From NCBI RefSeq assembly GCF_025526975.1, contig NW_026515674.1, positions 124,001 to 188,000 of the forward strand: a stretch of DNA of 64,000 nucleotides. Direction: 5' to 3'. Source of the DNA: Fimicolochytrium jonesii. Its lineage: Eukaryota. The notes under the pieces are model-generated. The model was given only the letters and a program-made list of their open reading frames with translations, had not been told where the DNA came from and did no database searches. Position 1 is the first letter of the stretch. Every line of letters starts with the position of its first letter. The translations under genes and the position numbers were made by a program. Shown piece by piece: positions 11,548 through 24,223 of this stretch.

Positions 11548-14500
11548 ATGACCGCACACAAAGAAGATGCGGGAACCAGCCGACGGAGCAGTCTCGCCTC
11601 AACTGGCGGGCAACCCACCCTCTTCGACGCCGAGGAGTACGAAAGCCAGTCCAGAATCCGCAACAGCAAACTCTTCGACTCCACCACAGTCAAGAGCTTC
11701 GCCATGTACTTCGGCGACGACATCCGGCCGCTCGTCGCAACTAATTCAACGTGGCAGCCTGTAGATGTCCTGATATTGAAATTCTCGTCCCTGCGAGATT
11801 TGCACCTCCGCATGAACACGGACCGCGACCCCGCCGCTGCAAATGGCGAGGACCAGGCATCGGATGCAGAGCCTAAAACGCCGCGCGCGGACCGGCGTAA
11901 ATCCATCGCGTCGTTCAAGTCGCTCAAATTCGCGCGTAATCGCAGCTTCGGAAGTGTCAAATCGCTCAAAGGGATGTTGGATGAATGGAGGGGCAAATCG
12001 TCCAACTCTGCTGCGTCAGAGTTCTCGGTTCCGGCGTCAGTGCATGAGGCGTTTGAGCAGACGGTTGTGGCGCGGACGCAACACATCCTGGCTGCCGTCG
12101 ACTTGAGGGAGCTTCAGCAGGAGTACACGACAAGCCGGTCGGCCGGATCGAGTTTCGTTCGCTATGTTGTGCAGCATATCATGGAAGGCCTGACGACAAT
12201 GCCATCCCCAATTTCGGGATTCTTGCTCATGGGGATCAAGGAGCTGTCTAGGACAATCCCACGGTTTGATTCCAAGTTGAAGAGGATTATCAATTACCTG
12301 AATGGGGAGGCTGCGAAGGAGTATGCCAAGGCTCTCATATTCTTTGATTTTGTCATTGCCTGGGATACTTTCCGCGATCATGTCAATGGGTTTGTTCTGT
12401 CAAACATGTACTTTGACCGAGAAGGGAAGCGAAAGATCCTTTTCGGGTACGTGCTCAACACTTGTTCTGTTGTCGCAACCGCAGCGATTCATTTTCGTTT
12501 TCGTCACCAATGCAGGCCCCGGAGAACAAAGATAGCCGCACTCGTGAAGCAGCTCAGCGTCGAAATATCCCTGCGGACAGATTTTATGGTCCTGCAATCC
12601 CACGCCATCCCTCCAGCGCAAATCTCAGCAGCCATTCTGCGTGCCTACATCACATGGGCATCGGTGAACGGCTTCATAGCATGGACGACACCAGACCCAA
12701 CATACCAGGTTCTGAACGACATCAAAACCATGGACCGCATCGTCATTCCAGATGACGGAATCTTCGAGATTGCGATGCAGCCTGAGGTCATCGCCTGTAA
12801 AGAGATGGTGTACACGCGCATTGGGGAGCTCACGGCGGCCAAGTATCAGCCTGTAATATCCTCGAGAGCATGGGCCCGCGTCAAGGGTATACCGACTTTG
12901 GCGTACGATTTGCGAGAAGCGTGGGAAGTGGCGGAAAGTAAAGAGACGTGGATCGGGTATTTAACGGAGCTGGGCGGACGACCTACAAAGCCATTGCCGC
13001 CGAGTACGGATATCATCCAGACTGATGATTCCGACTTCCAAATTCCGCGCTGGGAAGAGGCCGTGCACCAGCCGATCCCGTGTGTCAACAACTTTGGAGT
13101 GGATACATATGGGACACCGCGGCGAAGAGAGGTGTACGAGACACTGTCGTTGAGCATGTTAGAGCTCCTTGACAAGAAACTCCTGGCGTCCGCAAAGTTC
13201 AATGTTGATCTGGTCAAGTCGAACGATACCCACCCACCATTGATTCTGCCTGATTATGCTAACCTCCTCAAGACTTTGGAAGGAATCGTCCACGAGCCAA
13301 CGCCCGCAACACAGTGGCTGTTGTCGTGTACCGCCAAAGCCGAGACTGTCACTGGCATCTGGGAATTGCTGGAGGGTCTCAAACACGGTCGTTATCACGT
13401 TTGGCTGCCAGTGAATGTTGCGTTCATCTTGTCGAATGAGAGTCTGCCCTACACGCCTGTTAGCGGGATCGCAAGCAAGCGTGGGGAGGACTTGCACTTT
13501 TTTGTCGCTCAAAGCGTGCCGTCATACGCTGAAGTGGTTGTACACTTGTATTTCAAGTATGCGTATGAGTGGTCGACGTCTCGTTGCATTGTTGCTGAGG
13601 GGTTGATTAGGTACGCAGAGGTCTGGCATCATCAAACTCTCGAACCGGGACCTAACTCCTCTGTTGCAGGGCTCAAGAGAGTGGTTCTTCGGAGAGGGTG
13701 ATTCCCATCTCGCGGCGTTTATGCTTCCAAGTGGAAGATTCGTGCCCTTCAGAACTTTTGTCCATCATTCGTGATAGCGACCGCGTGCTGAAGGACGTGC
13801 ACGACAATCGTGCTCTGAAAGGACGCGAGCGGGCTTACCTATCCGAGGTCAACAAGTATCTTTTCCAACTGGCAGAGTTTTACTTAATGGAAGAGTCCGG
13901 TGCGTCATCTTGGTTCATGGCCTTTCAGCTCGCTTTTCCATGCTCACATCTAGTATTTTAGAATACGTGAGTCGGCAGCGACAAGCGCTAAAAGCTTACT
14001 ACATACCAAAGAACCTTTTTGAAAAGCGCATGCTGGCATATATCAATCAATGCACCCTCAACTTCGGTGGGGACCAAAGCCTTGCGGCCGCCGCACGCTG
14101 GGTTCACGAAGAACTTGCTTTGCGGCCCGTCACTGAAAAGACTACGAGTGACGACGCAACGGACAGCTACATGTTGTGTTACGTGTTCCGAGCGATGTGG
14201 AAAGCTATTCAGCGTGTCGCTTTCGAGGATCTGCTGATCCAGCTGCAAGATACAAACCCCTTCTTCCTACCGGAATCTGACCAAGTCGCGGTGTCGTTGG
14301 AGATGGTCACATCAAATCCAAACCTACTGGCGGTCTTCGGCATCAAAAGCATGATCATGGCACAAGAGATGCATCCACTTTTGAGGCGCATTGCGATTGC
14401 GGACATGGAGAAGCGACCATTTGTGGCCTCACACCCATTGGATGCCGCTAAAGATGTCGGTGGCGACGTGGAGAACCCCGACGCGGTTGAACTCGCTGAG

Positions 14501-17500
14501 AAAAACTCGGTCGAAGAAGAGGACGCACCCGGTGTCCTGATCACTACACGTTCCGTCGCCAACTCGTTTATATATGTGTATTTTATATTTCTGGACATAG
14601 CGCTCGGCTTGACCTTGAATTCGGGCATCTTCAGCACTTTCCGCATGCAGGTGCAAGTACAGGAGACCATCAGCCTTACACTTCTAAGTACGTGAGCTGT
14701 CCCCTGCTGCATGTTTCATCGAGATGCTAACTCGTTTTCAAACCTTCAGTCATGTTCCCGATCATCGGTGGGATGATGAACTCTGTGGGACGTACTGTAT
14801 CATACTACTTCTATCAGATGAGCATGCCATGCATGGTGGCCGCGTTCAATCGGCGTCTAGTTGCATCAGTCATTGTGTTCATCGCATTTGGACTGCTCTG
14901 CGGCGGCATTACCGCCTACCGGACGCACGACTGGATATTGGCGGCTCTGTCGTGGGCGTACGCGGTTATATTCGGGTAGGGTGTACATCAAGGCTGCGGC
15001 GGCAAGGTGAAGGATGTTGCTAACAGAAAGCTGTGTTCTATGTAGAATCTTTATGGTTTTGTTTGCAGGATTGATTCTTCTCCGGAATCCGGATGATTAT
15101 TTCTTTAGAGGCCTTGGTCCTCAGGTAAGCGTCTGCGTTTTGGTGCGGCTGGCCGATAAGATTTAATGACAATTTCAATTAAGGCAATTTGCCAAGCGTG
15201 CATATTTCTTATCCCCAACGCATTCATCTGCCGCTTCGTACTCGACGATGATACGAACCAATACGTTCTAATGAGCATGTACATTGGCGCCATGCTGGTC
15301 GCCACCTCCTTCATGGCGTACTCCTATTCCACGTTGGCTACGGCCTACCTAGAATGGCCAAATACGGTCACCTTACCTTCGAAAGATGAGATTGTGGAAA
15401 CTTATGTCCGTCAACATCCGCGACCGGTGCGCGTAGAGACGGAGAGCGCCGACGCGTTTGGACGACGGACGCGGCATTGGGAGCGATCCGCTGCTGAATG
15501 GTTTGGATCGCAAGCTGAAAACACCTTGAGGAAGTTTCAAATCAATCCGGATCCGGTGTTTCGGAAGCGCTTGAAGAATTGGTACTGGGAGTTCCAGTTG
15601 ATGACTTGGTACATCAAACGGTCGGGGATGAAGGAGCCCAAGGTGTTTTCGAGCGAATGGGACAGCACTGCGAAACAGGCCGTTGAGGAATTGAGAAAGA
15701 AGTATACCGTCGAAAAGCTCAATCGGGGAGGCATCCTCTTCGATAACGAGATTTCCGCCATCATATTCGGGTTTCTGTACTTCCTCATGATCTTTTCTGA
15801 TCGCTGGAGTGTGCTGATTGCCACTGGCCGGCCGTTGTTCCTGCTGGTGTCTACAGGAGCGCAGAAAGACTACGTGCAGGGGGTCATTGGAGGCACAGTC
15901 TTTCTGCTTACAGCCTCGGGGCTCCTCGAACTGGCGCTCTCAAGCATCTTTGCTGGGCACAAAGATATGAAGACAGTGCCTCTCGGCAGCACCAAGGGCC
16001 CGATGGAAATCCTACTGGGTCAACGGCGGGCGCTACAGAGCATATATGCGACCGAAGCAAGAAGATTCGTGATGGGCATGTTCGGCATCTGGGCAGTCAT
16101 CTCTGGCATCATGGCCGCTGTTGCGTTCTCTATGCAAAGGCACGATCTTTTCTGGAACTACTTGCTATCTTCCGCAGGGTTTGTCGGATTGCTTCTCGGG
16201 CTCTTTAACAAACTGTTCGTGATCTCGATGGAGGCGACCTTGAGCGCCTTCTTGGCCATCGGCCTCATCCTCGGGACCCTTATCTCAGCCTTCATGGTGA
16301 GACATTTCGATCGGACCGACTACTCCACATTCGCTCTTATCATCAGTGGCTGGCTTTTTGCCATTGGATGCATCGCAAGTCAAGCACTGGAGCGTATGCA
16401 GAATTTCTATTACGGCCTGCATATCTGTGAGTGCCATTTGAGTTCGGATTGGCGCTTACGACAAGCCACTCACAATACTCTCTCCAGCGCCTTTACTCAC
16501 AACTTCCGGTCAGCGTGAAGTTGGATATCCGATCACAAAGACTGACGGAGCGGCCCGGGACGAGCTGGTAGCAGATCTTATTGCACATCGCCACCGACAC
16601 AATAAGTTTGACACCCGCTCTTACGTCTGCGACGATCTCCGCGAGCGCCTCAAGTCAACACATAAGATGCTCAGATCGCCAGGAGGCCACATTTTATGCA
16701 CGGCCTTCCGAGGACTGGTGCCCATTATCGAAAGCCTGCTGGCGGATTTGGAGTCCGGTGCACTTGAGATTTACCGCACGCAGAAGCCATTGAAAGCAGG
16801 TGTCACAAAATATTCTGCAGTATCGGCGAAGGTTGATCGGACTACCTTTATCTTCCTGGCACCCCAGAACCCGCGCCTTACCGATCAGGGAGATTTGATG
16901 ACCATTGTAGAATCAGTGATTCACGAATACGTGGAGTGCAGGGACCTGCCACATTCTACAGCTTGTGCTGCCGAGCTCGTCGCTACGCCGAGCCTCTTCC
17001 AAGTAACTTCAGATTGGGCGCACTTGCTAATCTCCACGCGGCTAAAGCATCAGGAGGTTGATGACGCTTTGGCAGAGTTCCTGACGCTGAATACAGGCAA
17101 TGTTATGAATGGAAAAGCCGACATCGATGTCAAGGTCGATGATTTGTGGCGAACTAAGCTAGATCCCGAGGAGAAACATTTTTTGATATCTTTGGCGAAG
17201 GCTTGGTGGTACATCGTTTCTGAAGTCAGAGTGGTAAGGAACACTTCTTTTTGCAGATGGTGAAACAACTCGTCATAAACCGCTCTCCGCTTCAGACCGC
17301 GAGGATGCCACGGAGTCTGGAAAAGCTCATAGATAAACGACCGAAGCTGCTTTCCCGATATTTTGCGTTTAATCCTTCCTTCGACCTTGGGGAACACATC
17401 TGCGAATGCATACTCTTGTCGTTCGTGGCCGAGAACCTGCGAGACCTTTATTCGCTTCCCGGATCACGGACTGCCCAACCCGATACCCATGCCCACCAAA

Positions 17501-20500
17501 GTCGATTGCTACGAGGCAGGAACTGGCTGCGACGAAGGGTGGACGCTGTGCTGGACACGCGTGTTGCCCTTTATCTTGCCTTGACAGCCGACGAGCACTT
17601 CGGGGCCGAAATCACCCAGTTTAGTGCACCGATTCGCTGGAGTATGGGATGCTTGTATGCTGTGAGCCGCAAGATGCTCGATTTTGCCCAAGACTGCGCA
17701 TTCTACACGGATGCGAAGTACGGGAAGGGTCTCATGAGTATGCAGCAGGTGCTCATCCGTGAGCATCATTTTGACATTGATGAGAACGACTCGAGTAGAT
17801 TGGCGCGAGTTGAGACCTTTTACGGGCCCGGACATACCATCATCACGACATTTCCAGATTTCGACGGGATAGATAGGGAGACGGGCTTGATAACGGCGGA
17901 ACGATTTGTGATCCTTGGGATGAGGCCAACGAAATGGAAGCGCGGGAACGCGACCCCTCAAAGTAGGGCTTATTACAAACCGAGAGTGCATGTTCGAGAT
18001 GTCGCCCCGCAACTCGTGACTGAACACATCTTGGATGGCTCGGGGAAGGTCACCAAAACCCGCATCTACGGCTATCGGTCACCGGAAGCCGCCTTACCCA
18101 ACACACGCACGATATATGAAGGACATCACGACCCAACCAGTGATGATTCGGCGCTCCAAATCGAGCCGTTGGAAGTGCACAGATTCGTACCGCATGGAAC
18201 CAACGCGGTCGTTGGGTCTTCCCTTCTGATTCTGACTGCCAAGAACGGCGTCTCATTTACAGTGACCGCAAAGTACGTCTACAAAAACCATCGGAAGCCA
18301 CATATCCCTGAAAGGGGTATTTTCACTTGCATTTCCGGAGAAGATTGGACATGGGATATTACTTATTCGCCGTCATCTCTGAGGCCGGGTCAACATCCCA
18401 GATTCTATGGGATCACCATCAAAAGAAATAACGCGCCAACTTCCATACACACCCGTCTTGACTACTCACATCCTGAGCATGTCCGCTACGAGACAGTTGA
18501 ACAGGCTCCCGGAAAACCACCTAGGTCCGTTCCGACTCCCAGTGAAATTCTGGAAGACAAATATGGACTGCTGGCCAGGCAACCACCGCTGAGTTTCCGC
18601 GAAAGCTCGGACTTCGTGTCATACGGGCTTCGTGCCAAGAAGACAAAAACCTCATTCATGGGACCCGTATCACAAATTCAGTTCTTCGCACGTGCCTATT
18701 CCACCATCGCTCAACGAGAAGCGTTATGGGTTGCATGGCGCTCAGGAGACATCCCAGCGCCGTTCGCGCGAGATATTGATGAGAGACTCCTGCGGAAGGA
18801 AAAACTGCTGAACGGGTATTGGTGGAGAAGGGACTTTGGCATGCGTGCATCCGCTCAAGAGTTGCTTCGGTCGCGGAAACACCTTCTGACGACCGAATTG
18901 CAATTGACGGATCAGGCGTGGACACGGACGCACCTTCAATTACGGTACGGCGATTTACATATTCTGGGCTGTGGCGGTGATGCGGAGCGGCTTTCACCAG
19001 AGGATGACGAAAATCAAGCCCTATTGCTATCGGGCAAGAACGAGACATTGCCGGTCATGAATCTCGACAGCGGGACCTGGCCCACGGGCGGAGGTGGAGT
19101 CGGATCATGTCGACGTGATTTGATTGCAGGTTTACCAAGGATACGCTGGGTAGCCTACTGCGAATTGGGCTCTGCAGATCTGGTCCAGAAAGACTATCCC
19201 ATCGAAAGGCACATCGACTCCATCAAGTACATCCCACTATGGGATCTCGACTTCGGCACCCCGAATGAGAACCTTCTGCGCACGGTCCCGTACACGCAAC
19301 TACAGGCCAAAACTCGATATACGAGCCAATCCATTATCGAAAAGCGATTTGTGCCCTTGATCACCAAGTTAGTGCAAGGTTGCATGGGAGAGGAGCTCCA
19401 CGATGTGGACGGGTACGAACGAATGTTTGTCGAACTACACGAAGTCGTCAAAGCCCATGACTGGGTTACGCTATGGAACAACAAGGCAACGCAAAAAGCG
19501 TGGATCGAGGGTTGGCTCAACACTTCGTGGAGATATTTTGAAGAGCACCAGCTCCAGGCAGCAGAGACGCCAACGCTGCGGGAAGTCGAGATGCTGTTCG
19601 ATCTGATTTCACGATTGCTTATGGCATTATCGATGGAATTGCCAAAGGTGCCCGTCATACATTCGTCGCATCACGGGATACAGGCAATCGTAGGCGTCAT
19701 TGCAAAAAAGCTGAACGGCTGCTCTCTGATTGTATGGGATCATGGGATCCTGTGGAGGGAAAGACTTTTTGGGCTGTGCTTCGACGAGGGGATGCCGAGG
19801 TTTGCGCAAATCATCTTTGCGGGGTTCAACCGCCTGGTGGCCAAAATCGTGTTTGTGAGGTAACGCATGGTCTTGAGTACCTTACAAGCTATGATCGTCG
19901 ATCTAACCATTTGAATCATGTCCCTTTTCTTTTAGAGCTGACTACATCACACCATGCACAAGTATACAGAACGTCGATTGGGAAGCGTGGATAGGCGGTG
20001 GTGAGTACTGCTATGTTCCAGATGCCACAGCCTAGAAACACAGAAGCCTTATTCACCGCATTTCTTCACTTCGCAGGCAAAGACAACGATGATCGTCTAA
20101 CCCGCTCGCTCTACCGACGTATTAACCCGGTTCTCAACGGTATGAACGTGGACAAGTTCCGCCCAGATTTCACAAAGTCCCCCTCGGTGCCCACCGCCGT
20201 GATGCTGTCGCATATCTCGCCAGTCAAAGACGTCATGAACGCCATCAACGCGACCAAGATCATCGTCCGGGAGTTCCATCTCGAATCCTACCAGCTTCAC
20301 ATTTACGGGTCGCCTCAGAAGGACCCTCCATACACTGCGCTGTGTTTGCGCGCGATTGCCAACTACGGGCTTGAGAAGAACGTGTTCCTGAAAGGCCTTG
20401 GATCCCCGTCGGCGGTGCTGCCGACAGGACACGTGTTTGTCAACTCATCGATCACGGAAGGCTTGCCACTAGCGTTGGGCGAGGCGGGACTCTGCGGCCT

Positions 20501-20927
20501 GCCTGTCGTCTGCACTGATGTCGGCGGGAGCAGGGAAGTCATCCGAGACCCGACGTCCAAGAAGACGTTTGGATGGGTGGTGCCGCCGTCCCGCCCGCGT
20601 CAGCTTGCGCTTGGGCAGCTGCGTGTGCTTGCCATGACCGACGGCCTTGAAGGCGAGACCGCGTCGCTCAATGATTTCCTGACGGCGGACGGCGAGATGT
20701 TGTGTGAACGCATCATGGCCCCGCGCATCTCACAACTGCGAACTCAGCTGGGCCTCGGCTTGCGGAATCGGATCATGTCGGTGTTTTCCATCAATCGATA
20801 CTGGAGGGAGCATGAGCAGGTCCTGTGGCTTGGGGAACTGCATCAGAAAGTGAAGCAGCGGAGCCTCCATCGGGAAAGCGTGCTGTCGATCGGAAAAGGG
20901 AAGCGGAGCAGCTTGACGATATTCTAG
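11548..20927 (+). CDS. Giant multi-pass membrane glycosyltransferase family 4, Gtb3/PelF-like exopolysaccharide synthase (~2,900 aa)
   Basis: Predicted introns ~12447-12515, 13611-13668, 13900-13961, 14688-14749, 14976-15045, 15125-15183, 16427-16488, 17234-17295, 19860-19936, 20001-20076. Many TM helices at ~14550-16400. PelF-type N-lobe motif IHSSHHG...LIVWDHGILWRER; GT-B C-lobe SHISPVKDV and EX7E motif EGLPLALGE (20457-20483), GLPVVCTDVGGSREVI. Blocks FRAMWKAIQRVAFEDL..DTNPFF..DQVAV and GTWPTGGGGVGSCRRDL..IRW..PLWDLDF match my recollection of fungal Gtb3-family proteins. Confidence 0.85.
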
Positions 20928-21470
20928 TGACGATACATCTCCCTGTTTCGTCCACTCAAGTTGTGCATAATCTTTTTCTCGTGATATGATACCCAATAAT
21001 GCCCATTGCAAGACCTGGATGAACACTCTATTAATTGTATGTATTATAGATAAAAGATGATGCCTCAGTCCGAAAGAACCAGACTGAAATTGAGTGAACC
21101 CAAACGTGAGAAAAACTTGAAATGATGAATGGGGCGTCTTGAAACGAGGGCAACACGCTTTGGAGGGCGCATAAGAGTATAGCTGATTGGAAAACGGGAT
21201 GTGAAGGAAAAGGTGAACAAGATGAAAAGTGAATGGGTGGTTGGGCTTGGGGGGGCCTCTCTGGATGTCGTGCTTTGCGTGCGTGGGAATGATGGTTGGG
21301 AATGATGGTCGAGCGGGTTGGTGGGGGAACGGAGTCGCGGCTGGTATGGTTTCGATATACTTGGTATGCATTGGCGGCGATGTCGAGCAAGGTGCTTTGA
21401 TTGTCGAAGGATGTGCGTAGTTGAACAGGATTGCTTTGATTTTGCGTGCGTATCCCGAGCAAAGATGCGA

Positions 21471-24223
21471 TCACTCGATTAAGCTGATCAGCTCCTTGAC
21501 GTACTGAAAGGCGAGGTCACACATGAGTACCATCGAAACAAGAAAGCGCCCATCACAATGCGATACGGAGACCCCACAAATAGGGGTCCCACTCGCACGT
21601 ACCTTGGCAATCTCATAACTAGAGCTGGCCAGTTTCTGCTTCAAAGTCTTGCTTTGCGGCATCGCCAGCATATTCCTGCCAAGCTCGTCCAGCTTGACAT
21701 TGGAGTTGGACAAGTCTTGCAAAATCATCTCTCCGCGCGTTTGGAACTCTGCAGCGGCGGGTTTGGCAAGTGTCGTGCGCGAGACTGTGACAAGGTTGTC
21801 GACGATCGTGGTGATGCTCGTGACCGTGTCCGAGAACGACTGCCCGAACGACGTGGACTGGCGCATCGCCAGCAGGAGGGATTGGATGGCTTGGACGATC
21901 TGATCCGTTTGCTTTTCCAGGTATATCTGTAGTGCGACTATGGTAAGAGACTGCACCCCTTTCGCGGCCCGAGACGGTTTGTTGCGTAGATTCAGTCACT
22001 CGAGATACAATACCTTGAGCTCGTCGATCTCAAAAGCGTCAGATCGTCCATCTCGGCTAATTCTACGATCCTGATCATCATCCTGATAGTAGTTATCAGA
22101 TGACTTCAACCTCAACTGTTTAACCAATTCTACAATCGTCGCCGTCAGCTGGGTAGCGGAATTGTCGAGATGACCGACATTCGAAGATCCCGGGTTCGTC
22201 GCGTGAATTTTGGCCGCGTTCATCAGATTGTTCAAGGCGCCAGCCAGCCGGTTCTTTGTCTCGGCCAATTGATCGCGATCTGCCGGTCCTAGTGCGGATG
22301 ATGAATTCTCGAATGTCTCTGCATCCTCGGTGATGTTTTTGCATGCAATGACGATGGATTTCATGGCAACAAGGACGCTGGTAGAGACGTCGCTCCTAAA
22401 TATCGAAGGTGCTCAGGCTGGCTCCCCGAACGAAACGCAGCAACGTTCTCTGAAGCTTTACCTTGCCGCACGCAAGAGGTCGTCCACCGCATTCTGGTAC
22501 GCGCTCACACGACTCCGGTCGATGACTCCATCTTCTGATCCCACGGAATCCCTGTTGAGGTCGGAAATCCCATTATCCCTCGTGACGTTGCCTGCAAAGA
22601 AATCGTTAGCTCCTCCGACGCAGATCCAGTCAATACCTTTCCTATTGCCGGCTTACCTTCTCCGCTGCGAGACCGAGACAGCTGAAGCATCACAAGGGTC
22701 AGCACCGATCCAAGAAGCGCCGATCTGCACATGAATATCATAGCTCACCTCCTCCTTGAGTTGCGCAATGATACTACGGTCTTTATCGCGTTCCGCTAGC
22801 AGCTCGTCATTCTTCCTGGACAACGTCTTGATCTCGTCAAGTAGGTTGGTGGCTTCTGAGCGGATGTCGTTGGCGATCTGTATGGACGCGAGCGTGAGTC
22901 ATACACGCCTACAACAAAATGCCGAGGCTTTCCCACTGCACCTGTTGTTGATTGTTGTAATCGTCCTGTACACTCTCAAAAGATTCCTTCAGCTTCGCGT
23001 GCTGACTCTCCAGATTCTCCAGCCTCTCTGCTTGTTCGTCGTTGATCTATCATGTGAAGAAGGCGGTCAGCAACGCTCGTTTGAGACCGGGTCTCCAAAC
23101 CCGACGCGTACCTTATGTTGCGCGGCCAGTTTTTGTTCCAGATCTTGAATCCGATCCTTGCTTTTTTGGCCATCCTGTAGAAGGGTGGTATCAGTACATG
23201 TGGTGCATTGCCCTGCCCGTCGTTCCCTTTTTGTGCTTACGTCAAGCCCTTCTTCCAGTTCTTTGACTCGCTGCCTCAAAGTCTCATTTTCCCTCCTCAA
23301 ACGCTCCGTTTCAGAAGATGATGACGTGGAGGCGCCAGAAGCCTAAGACATATGCCTGTCAGTCACGGTGCCCCATCCATCCCATGAGAATGCCCTTTGC
23401 ACCCAAGCACTTACATAGCCCTGTTTGGGACTTGTAAGCATGTTTCCTAGATCAGCCATCAGGTTGTCCAAAGAAGCGAAATTCACCGCGGAAGGGTCGT
23501 TGTTAGCCCTAGATCCATTCGCAGGTGCTGGTGCCGATAACGATTTGCCTTCGTAGGGTTGACTGTAGGAGTTATCGCCGAATTGCTGTTGTTGTTGCTG
23601 CTGTTGTTGTGGGAAAGGTTGTCGGGGATCATTTTGCGCAGAGCCAGCGAAGGAGTCATTCGAAGATGACGGCAATGGCGCAGAGGATATGGCCGACTGA
23701 TTGTTCTGAGCCTGCTCAGGTAGCGGTCCCACGCCGTATCGTGCTTCGTAGTCCTGAACAACCTGCGGAAAGCGACGTTCAACTTCGTAAAACACATCGC
23801 TGGCTAGATCCTTGAACCGGGAGTTTGGGAGCGTGGCCAGCTTTTGACGGGCTTGATTCCGCTTCGGGTGGAAATCATCTCGAAGAGGGAGGAAGGGCAC
23901 TGTACGTCGCAACGGGCGATGGTTAGCTTTCATGCTCCACTTTTCGCCCGACTCCTCAGAATCAAAGCCGTCGCTCAGAGCTGCTTTGGTTGTCGCTCAC
24001 CATCTTTCGAATCCAACAACCTCCTATTCATCTCATCAAAAACGTCGGTAGAAAGCTCCGAGAACTGCTGTTTCGTAAGCCTCAGCAGCTTCTCCCGTGC
24101 GGATGTCCTCTGGTTGCTCGGGTTCCCGGCATCGCGTTGGGATTGCAAGTAGGACGTCAGATACGAGCGCAGATGCTCGTAATGAGTGGCGGCTATCTTC
24201 CCGCTTAAATCAGCCTCTGCCAT
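21471..24223 (-). CDS. SPA2: Spa2/GIT-family polarity scaffold (two SHD repeats, coiled coil, GIT C-terminal bundle)
   Basis: AREKLLRLTKQQFSELSTDVFDEMNRR and FLPLRDDFHPKRNQARQKLATLPNSRFKDLASDVFYEVERR are Spa2-homology repeats. C-terminal IYLEKQTDQIVQAIQSLL...LASSSYEIAKYVKELI. Multiple GT-AG introns. Confidence 0.9.
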
